A stretch of DNA of 63,717 nt, filler included, from Choristocarpus tenellus KU-1152 (lineage: Eukaryota; Protista; Phaeophyceae), in NCBI GenBank assembly GCA_964200185.2. It is 9 parts of 9 records of this genome, joined end to end, with 100 filler letters (N's around TTAATTAATTAA, not from the genome) between each part and the next. Parts side by side here need not be neighbours in the genome. Positions count along the whole stretch, not along the records: positions 52,790 to 55,875 come from CAXNAD020022416.1; positions 55,976 to 59,444 come from CAXNAD020019824.1; positions 59,545 to 63,717 come from CAXNAD020015851.1; 6 more parts are not named here. One strand, given 5' to 3'. The position numbers were made by a program, and so were the translations under genes. Under the pieces are notes generated by a model that saw only the letters and a list, made by a program, of their open reading frames with translations, ran no database searches and had not been told where the DNA came from. Numbering within the stretch: position 1 is the stretch's first letter; every line of letters starts with the position of its first letter. Shown here piece after piece: positions 54,242 to 63,717 of the stretch.

Positions 54242-57200
54242 GTGAGTACTGTATTGTTGGGCGCACATGGTGTAAGAGCATTCACTACCAGCTTTGCACG
54301 CTCGCTTACTGTTGCGTTCTGACTTTTTCGTTGGAGGGGTATCCGATGCGATCCTTAGTTTGTAAGTAGAACATCTTGATGATGGGTTTGTTCGTGTTTG
54401 GTGGTGTGAGGTTTTCTGATACGACCTTACAGACAACAAACACCTTCGTTGCGATGTATTGAAGAAGAATGTTATCCAGCAGTATTATGAGAATTTTTTC
54501 CCAATAACACTGGACAGAGTGCCATCTTAATTGGTAAAATCAGTAGTACTCAAATCTGGTAACACCATATGAACCTGTCAATAATGGCAAGTCCCTAAAT
54601 GAGTAGATGTGCTAACATTAAGAACTGAGTGGTCTATATACACTGGATATATGACCTTTTATCTCACTTGCAGAATATTTTCTGTTTAACAACCCGTGGA
54701 GTCCAGGAAACATCTTCTATTGACCTACAGCTCTAGCGCCTCTGTAGCAACTGTTGAGTGCCTCATATTTTATCATTGCAGTGATCCCTTGCCTTTAACA
54801 GACTCTGATACTTTTCAGGACAGGCGTGAAAGCACCTACGAAGATTGCAGGACCCGTAGACTTCTGTTTTGGTAATCTACGACACAGTAGCTGTAGTGCT
54901 AAAACCTTTATCCTTTGAAGTGCTCGAAGTCATCCTGTTGATCAGAAAGGCCATGGGGAATTTTTTGATACAGATACGGCAATTTTAGATGAGGAAGTTG
55001 TCAAAAGGTGGCCTCCTTTTGTGCTCAGAGTACTGTGAGATGTAAAATGCATGTGCTGAATCGTGTAACACGCAGACACAGGCGCATGCACACTTTCCCA
55101 TTTCTGATGCCCCTTCCCTGCCCAGTCCCTTTCTTCTGTTGCGACTGATTGTATGCCACATGGCCCACCTGTTGATTGGTACTGTTTTTTTGCCGGGGGA
55201 AGGTTTTGTGAGGGGAGGGGAGGCGTGTGCAGTTGTATTGTCAGCTACAGCTGTTCAGGCACGAAGTCTGGCAGAAGCGGAGGAGAAGGAAGTGAAGGCT
55301 CTGATGGAGGACATGCTGGAGGCCAGGTGAGTGGAATGGAGGGATTGTGATTGGACTTTGGGGATGGAAGGATGGGGAATTTGCAAGGGAGGGGTAGTGA
55401 GGAGATTCATATATTTTTTAAGTTGGTGTAGTATATGATGAGGAGAGGGAAAGTAAAGGAGGGGGTATGAAGGAGGTTGGAAAGGAAGGACTTGATTTTG
55501 TCAAATCAAAATTTTGCTGTGTGTTGTGTGTCATTGACCCCTTTTGCACTGGTAAGTGTGACTGGATTATAACATGTGTGAGTTTGTGTGCTATTGGTGT
55601 TAGCTACCAAGAGGTAGCGAGACAAAAAAAAAGCAGTGTTTTAATTTTTCTTGTAATTTTTCTTATTTTTGATGAAAAAAGTGGAGGTGTGCAGAACTTT
55701 GTATGCAGAGACAGACATGCAAACAGTGTTGTTTTATCTACATTTTTTTGTGCAAAGGCATAAAAAATGTTAAATTCACTTCTGGTAGCAAGTCTTCGGG
55801 GGGACCTCCCTCCCCCCCCCCCTCCCACACATCTTTTCTAAAAACATGAAGATAAAAACATTTATTTTGTTTGTCNNNNNNNNNNNNNNNNNNNNNNNNN
55901 NNNNNNNNNNNNNNNNNNNTTAATTAATTAANNNNNNNNNNNNNNNNNNNNNNNNNNNNNNNNNNNNNNNNNNNNCCGCCCCGCCCCCCCCCCCCCCCCC
56001 CCCCCAGATACTTCAACCCATATATCTAGGGGTTTTCACAAATAATGGAAGGCGTTCCTTGTCCACCAAAAAACCTCCTTGTCTGCCCACCAAGCAGTCA
56101 AGAATCTCGACTGCCGGCCTGTGATCTGACAATTTTGTGGGTCAGACACTCCTCAGACTGAGGTGAAGGTAGTGATAGGGTTCATTTTTAATAACAAAAT
56201 GTAAGTCTCATATTTTCTTTGTATTAGATACATTAACTTATATATATATTGATAAACATGTAACTGAGTCTCCTCACACACCAGGCCAGTCCGCTTTGGT
56301 TTTGTTCAGCGCACTTTCCCGTTGTGTAACTGCTGTTCCTCTAACCACCTCCTAAATCAAAATTTGGGACACTCCGACTAAAATGAAGACTTGATGAAAA
56401 AAACATTATACTCCTAAGTCGAAGTATGTATGTACTATCATAATTAAAATATTCCCGAGTTTTACACAACTCGCAAGCAGAATCTCATTTCCTTCGTACT
56501 CTTTACGTAGAGTTGAGGTTCATTTGTACATCGAATTTTTCTGTGAAACCACTCTTATTACTCCCTTTCCCCGCCTTCCCCCACCCATTAGCCTATCTGT
56601 GGGATTGTTTTCTTTGAGAAAGTACAGTATCGTCCACGGAACGTCTTGAGTGAAGGCACTGAACAGCGCACTAAACATGGAGTCCAAAAAAAGTGGGATG
56701 CTTCGAAGTGGATGATACAGAAACATACATAATGTATAACCTTAAGATCAAGAAGAACAAACCTGGGTGTTGCTACGTATGCAGATATGGTCCTCAGATC
56801 ATGTGCTGCTCGCTGGTGCTGGCTGCTATAATAGTTTGATGGTTTGAGTGTGAGGTTGCACATGGTGTAATTATTTATTTTAACCAGCTGTAACAATAAT
56901 AGTAGTAGAGGAAATTCACAGGGGAGACTGTTTGATCTGTGCCTAGGGAAAATTATGGGGGGAAGCTCCACCAACCAGCAGGTATGGTACTACAGGTCAC
57001 TAGGATGAAGGCCACAAAGTGGGGGGTATGCCTGGCTGGGCAGCAGGGGTGAGCTGTGCCGGCGGTTGGTCTGTGCCTGTAAAGAAATGGACCATTGATC
57101 TTAGTTTACATATAACACAGGATCTTTAAATCCGGAGTCGCTCATTGAAACCCAGAGTGATACTGCTTAGAAGTGGATTTTTCAGGTTATTCAGTTCTCT

Positions 57201-58488
57201 GAGAGGGAACAAAATCGGATTTTCTCATCTGTGGCTACTGTGGGAGACATGCCGAACTTTGGTCAATAATAAAGGTATCACAGTCATGCCAAGACCTTGC
57301 CAGACAGTATCAAAGCAAGAGATCACATTTCGGGCCAACCAATAGTGCTACAACAAGGCGACAATGTTGGAACACAGGTAGAAGACAGAGCTAGGGTTAA
57401 AAGGAAAGGGGGGGGGGATGCCTGGCGATATTTTTTTGTCAGTATCCACCCCTCTGATTGTAGTGATAGTTACTAGTACCATAATCTTTTTATTATTATA
57501 GTAGGAGTAGTGGAAGTAATAATTGTTGTTATTAATATTATATTACTATAAATATATTTTTTATGCCCTGCTGACATTTTACAAATGTCGTGTCAGGGAA
57601 AAAACAAAAACTATATCACCGCTGCTATAAAAACAGTTCCCAATGCAAAAAATACATCTTCAAAGAAATACTTACCATTATTTTGAGGAAATAATAGAAC
57701 ACCCCCACTTTAAAGGTTGGTAACTACAACGTAGTGGGTACACATTGCTATGCTTCAAACCTAGCTTAGCCCTACGAAGGTGGGCAAGGACCTGACAGAC
57801 CGTTCTTCTTCTGCTTAGTTTGTGAAATTCAAATTATAATCTATCAAATGAGAAAGGATGAGTTGATTGTTATGTAAGTCAACTTCATTTTTTGGTATAA
57901 AGAACTGAATTCGAAGGTATTGTAAGTGTGTGGATTTTTACCACTTACAAAAACATTAAAAATAGATAAGAGATATACACATGATTTGAAAGGTATCTGA
58001 AGGAGAGATGATAATGAGGTAGTACATAATTGTTAATATAATATCAAATCACCTCGTCTAATTGACTGGGTTGCGTTTTCAATTTTTTTAAAAAGTCGAA
58101 ACACTGCTATCAAGTCTCTATTTAGAACTGTACTACTATGCCAGTAATAGTTGTATACTTGTAGCAAAGATGTACTGATGAATCTGGTTTATGTCATTCA
58201 TCCACATTAATCAAATGGGAGTAAAACGATAATTTTTTGTGTACACTGTCTGTAGTAAGCAGGATATTACTGTTGGGTATGCCTTCCTCAATGAAAAACG
58301 GTGGGTATACAATAAATTGTTCAATTGTGTTTGCATATAACTTCGTTTGTGTTTTTTGATAAGTCGTCACAAAAAACGCATACATATATATTTTTATTAT
58401 TATGCCCTTTTACATTTTACAGATGTGTCAGGGGGGAAACCAATGTCAGTATAAGCCCTAACGAAATAAAACGTCACAAATATGAAAA

Positions 58489-58524
58489 AGGGTTAGGGTT
58501 AGGTTAAAACCTAACCCTAACCCT
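58489..58524. repeat. perfect head-to-head telomere-repeat palindrome
   Basis: AGGGTTAGGGTTAGGTT-AA-AACCTAACCCTAACCCT (17-bp arms). Confidence 0.9.
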
Positions 58525-59444
58525 CCCTTCGAAAAGCCTTCATGAGGGCTAACAGCAACTCGGCACCAGGCCCTGACGGGACGCGCCAAGCCACATCAGA
58601 TCAGCCATCACGACAGATGTTGGTCATGAGGAAGTGGCAGAGGCGTTTGCAAAACTATGGGAGCTAGCCTACACCTCCCCGGACGCCCTACCCCTAGAGT
58701 TCTGGACGCTCCACACCAACTCCAGACTGTCCGCTATCGGGGAGAAGTGTCGCCCATTTGCCTATGGGTATTTTCTTAGGAGGGCATGGGCTTCAGCTTA
58801 CTGCACAGATTACTGCACAGACTGGCGTCCCTACCTTGAGGAATTTTTCGGGGGAATAGGACCATCCGGTGTTGGGGTCCCAAACGGCATTGAACGTGCA
58901 CTCCTGGATATCCGCCTGAGGAATGAGTGCGGAGAATCGGTCATCAATCTGGACGGAAGGAATGCTTTCAACAGCGTACGCCGCTCAGCCTTCATCCAGG
59001 CCCTCCCAGAGACCCTACCAGGCCTCCTACCTTATGTTTCCAAGGTATATGGGAATACAAGGAATCTTCTTTTTCCCCAAGATGAGGAGGGATGAAGATT
59101 CTACCATCGAGATCCGGGGTCCAACAGGGAGACCCACTAGGCCCCCTCTTATATTGCATGGCAACACACAAGGTCTTGCAACGGGGGCAATCAGTCTTCG
59201 GACCCCAAGGGGTTTCCTCCCGGAGCTATCTCGATGACACGTCTTTTTCGGCAAGGGGGATCAACCCTATTACCATAGCTGCTTTCGAGCAGTAAAAAAC
59301 TAATCTCCAGGAGGTAGGCATCAATCTAAATATGGACAAGACATTTGCCGCACCTCCCCAGGGCCACCAACCCACGCCCTCGGAACTAGAGCTCCTTTCC
59401 ACAACAGGAATCAACCTAGCCCCGAACCCCAGTGATTTTGTCAC
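58525..59444 (+). mobile_element. CRE-like non-LTR retrotransposon RT, 5'-truncated and frameshifted
   Basis: SAPGPDG, EKCRPFAYGYFLRR, GVGVPNGIE, LDGRNAFNSVRR, SGVQQGDPLGPLLYC, SYLDD. Runs into a gap. Confidence 0.85.
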
Positions 59445-62400
59445 NNNNNNNNNNNNNNNNNNNNNNNNNNNNNNNNNNNNNNNNNNNNTTAATTAATTAA
59501 NNNNNNNNNNNNNNNNNNNNNNNNNNNNNNNNNNNNNNNNNNNNCCCCCCCCCCCCCCCCTCCCCCAGATACTTTGATTCAAATATCTCGAAGAGTATTA
59601 GTGAGTAGATCGAAGTAGGAGGTTTGCAGACTGGAGGGAGCGCAGATGGCACACCTTGCTCGGCCGAGACTCCAAACGAGAGATGTTGATGTCGTACTTC
59701 CAGAAGTATTGAAGAGCCTGAGCGAGAGGGTAACGAGTACGGAAACAAAGGTTTGTAGAGTAAACGAATTGGGGTCACAAAGTATCATCGTCTGTTGCGT
59801 GTTGAAAGAAAAAAACATGCAACCGGACCCGAGTCGGAGGAAGGGATACCTTGTATATTTGTGCTTGAAATAGATCTGACTTGGACTTCACAACAATACC
59901 ATGTTGATATTAGGCATTCAGCATTTGCCCCCAAAAGAGCTGAAAGTTGGACATCGACCGGGCTGTCCTTGTTTAGGGATTATTTCTTCTTCCTTGATGT
60001 TGGACATATCATCGGAACGTAACATCTGAAGTCGGCACCAGAGGACTCAATGTGTAGTCGTGGAAACAACATTTGTCAAACTAAAAATAGAATGGAAAGT
60101 GTGCCTACCTCTTCTAGCGAGCCCGGTTTATCTCGTAGTTCCACGAGGATACTTGTTCTTGGCGTCTCAAAACACTGGCATGAAGAGATAGGGAGATACG
60201 GAAGATCAAGATGGTTGCTTCTTGGAATGCTATACACTCGTACATCCACCAGCCTCCGAGTTGCCGAGTTGCTATCACACATCCCTGCAACATGTAGGCT
60301 GCACACTGAACATCTCGACGCGACATGATGCTCGAACCTCCCAAACCCATGCCATCTCTACAGGTGCTTGTCCGCTATATTATTTCAGTCACGTTTACTG
60401 AAAACACCCAAATTCTGACCAGTGAACTCCGAAGAGGATAACGTAACCTTGCAAACAGTTCCTAGGTTGCTAATCGACTCGGGAATCACCCTGATGTGGC
60501 AGTTTCGTCTGATCACAAACCACCTCGAATCATGACACGCGAAAGGTATTGATAATACACTACCTGCAAAACAAAATACCTCTACAATATGTAATAGTGT
60601 ACCGTGAAGTGCTTCGAGAACGTCATTGGGTTCAGAAGTTTATTGAGTTGAATGCTTGGGTAGTCAGCCAGGTTCAAGTTGTGGTCAGATTATTTGATCG
60701 AGGGGAAGATATGTTGCTATTGAAGTTACGGTACGATATTCATCCTCGCATGTGTAAACAGAGTAAATGTCACCTCGACAATGCACAAACCTGTTGAGTG
60801 ATCAACCTTGCACATTCTCTCGGGTGGGGGAGTTTCCTCCTGGAGCTCTGGCGTATGGTGATCGCCAAAGATTGCCAGGCCATAATTTTCTGGTTGATGT
60901 CGTATGGCAGTTACTCCAATGGCGAGGTGGGGGATTCCCGGAACAGACCGTTAATTGTAGTTCAGCAAACACAGGCACTGATTTGGAGCGCTTTCAAAAA
61001 TCGTTGCACTGGTGCTGTGGATGAGGAGATTGTGTTGTGCCACTTTCGACTGTGTAGCTAGCGCCTTTACAGTACAGTTCAGCAAATCACTACAGAGAGA
61101 CAGAGAGGAGGACAGATTAGTGAAAGATCTACAAATTGATACTCCTATTCTTGACAACGAGTCCGTTCGTATCAAAACAAGGTAATAAATATATATACTG
61201 TACTACGATATATAATAAGTAATATCTGTGATTGATACCTTGGACGTTGTTGGAGGGTGTAAATCATTATCATCAATTAGAAGGTGTATCAATTGATGAC
61301 TCAAATAATATTATACTGTGGAGTGAAGAGTGCTGGCAGTGGAGTTCTGGATTTTTAAATAGATTCAGAATCGAAACCTTCCCCAACAAATCTCCATCCC
61401 AACAGAATGTGACGTTCATATACGTCACACATCAGAGCCACAAATGCCAAAATTGTACAGATATTGTCAAGAGCAAAAAACAAAATATTTAATATACGAC
61501 GAAAAAAATACATGTGAAGTATACAACAACAGTCTATATTCTTAAATATATCCATTTTTGGTTCTTGATTACTTCATTTCCATAGATCTGTACAAATGAT
61601 AAAAATATTTTTCATTATAAAATTTGCATTTCCCTCTATGATAATATTTTATTCTTCAACTTCAATCTTTATCCTTCCACCGTACTTCATTTTTTTGGTG
61701 GTTTGTGATGTCTGGTTTTGTGGAACATTGGGATCCAGTCAACTCATCTGACCTCAACGTCAACCATCTGGGATTCTTTCATCCATCCAGGAATTGAAGG
61801 AACACGTGGGGGTGACAAACACAGAGGAAATGGTAGGATGAATTATGTGTGGGGAAACCACACTTCTAGTTATACGCTAATAAGCGAGGTGGAGGGGTTC
61901 AAGGTTGAAGTTTAAGGATTGAATGGTGTTTGGTTTTAATTAGACATGTCGAATTCTACATAAATAATTTAAGGACTGTACTTCAACGATGTACCACCTG
62001 CAATGTGGATTAGTGATCGACTGGATTTGCGTAGTTGGGTTTGGGGAAACCAGGTTGAAGGTGTGGTTAAGGGATGTGATGGAGTGAAGGTATATTCCAT
62101 TCCCAAAGTTGTTAGTCCTCTTCGTATCTAGTCTTGTTTTTCAATCTTTCTTATAAAGGAACCTATAAAATATATGTGAGCAATATATATATATACATAT
62201 AATTGTTTACTTCGAAGGATAGCAATTGTACAGTTGACGCGAACTCCGACCTTCAACACTCGTCAGCCTACAACGAACAGCGTCACTCCTAGCACAATCG
62301 AGCCCGAAAGGTGTAACCACTACCAATACCTATCTTCGTCGTAGAAAGCTTTAGTCAGAAAAGGGTATAGCCAAAACATGCTTACGATATATTGCGCCAG

Positions 62401-62771
62401 TTACAAGTCAAACGGCTTCATATTGTCAGAGTCTAGGAGCCAGTTTCAACTTATAGTTGTGTCAGTTCCTCTCTTGTTTTCATATTTTCACATAAACTAC
62501 AAACGAATACCGGTTGGTGTACATGATAGACCTCTCCTGTCCAGGTGATTGCTTTATACCTTACCTAGTGCTTCGTTTTTTGCAGACTCTGTTGTGTTTA
62601 TTGTTTCTTTTCCATTATTTTTCTTCTTTTGCCTGCTTGATAATATCTACAATATGTCAGTGAGCATGATAATATGCAACATATATATATATATGCACAT
62701 AAATCTGGTTACAAATTCAGGCATTTGGTGCTATTATTCTAGGGTTCCACGAGGCTTACTCGTGTCCTGAA

Positions 62772-63030
62772 GAGTGAAAGTATCTTTGAGGGTACGAGTT
62801 TTGCTCTTTTTGTCCATTTGGGTCTTGGGTTCCCATGAGTTCTTTTATGACATTTTTCTACTCCCAAATATCTAAGAGTAGGTAAAGTGCATATGTTTTG
62901 AAAAGGTGTGTGCGGAACATGGATATTGACACTTCCTAACAAACACGATAGTCAAAATTACATCAAAATCGCAATATTGGATTTTGATCCCCAAATGGAC
63001 GCGGCTCTACCCTCTAAAATACTTTGGCTC
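62772..63030 (+). mobile_element. MITE family A copy
   Basis: TIRs as in family A; TGAA on both flanks. Confidence 0.85.
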
Positions 63031-63648
63031 TGAATTTTAATTTGGCACGAGGGAGCAAGCATCTACGTGTTATTAACAGGAAGGTTTGTAATATCTGACA
63101 AGTCGAACGACTGTTCAAAAGCCAAACTTGGACAATAATGTGAGTATACCCCTACACTTTTTACCGAACATTTAAAGAGTAGATAATCAACACCCGAATT
63201 AATGTATGCGTCGTATGTAGTATTTTATGTGGGGAAGAATACGATTTGGCTTGTTAATATGTTTTTTTTCTGTGTTTCAACGCAAGAGGATGTTTTGAAG
63301 AAGGGCTGGGGGTGATATTATGTTGTGGTGAGGTGAGGAAGCAAATTCGTTTGGATTATAACTCCTTGCACCACCAAACTCGTTACAGAATCCCTCCTAA
63401 TCATGAATTCTTAAAGGGTGTGAGTTGAGTGAGTATTGGATGTATTATTCATTTTTCTTCATTGTCTTCACTGTTATAGCTAGCTGTGGAAGTGAAACTA
63501 CACCAGTCCAATTTGATCCTACCCCAGACATCGGCAAGGAAGGAAAGAGGCACGGTATGTAATCAACCTTCCATATCCGCATGCACACTTGTTTGAAACC
63601 AAATCAAAAACTGAAAAGACCAAGAAGAATGCAGGAGATGCCCTCGAA

Positions 63649-63696
63649 GGATCAAAGTATCTGGGGGGGGGGGGGGTCGGCGTCGGTTTTTCACCC
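63649..63696. mobile_element. ~48-bp mini-MITE copy
   Basis: GGATCAAAGTATCT(G)nTCGGCGTCGGTTTTTCACCC, the reverse orientation of the 23365 copy. Confidence 0.65.
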
Positions 63697-63717
63697 TTTT
63701 TTCGATTTTCACATTTT

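Overview
Eukaryotic nuclear DNA, intron-rich and transposon-rich. It is most likely from a photosynthetic stramenopile (brown alga or relative), inferred from bipartite ASAFAP-like presequences, TTAGGG repeats and RTE retroelement style. The window is 9 contigs joined by artificial 100-bp N44-TTAATTAATTAA-N44 linkers, so adjacency across linkers is unproven. Spliced genes reconstructed by hand: NDUFA2 (complete, minus, missed by the ORF track) head-to-head with plastid IspE/CMK (complete); CHCHD2/Mix17; the 3' half of SEC63 with two GC-AG introns; a 3'-incomplete HOL-type halide/thiol methyltransferase with a plastid-type presequence; and a two-exon orphan. Mobile DNA: a decayed Ty1/copia element with a half-tRNAiMet-type PBS and apparent TG..TA LTR ends plus a deleted relative; pogo, MULE and RTE remnants; three related MITE size classes; and a CRE-like non-LTR RT starting right at a perfect head-to-head telomere-repeat palindrome.
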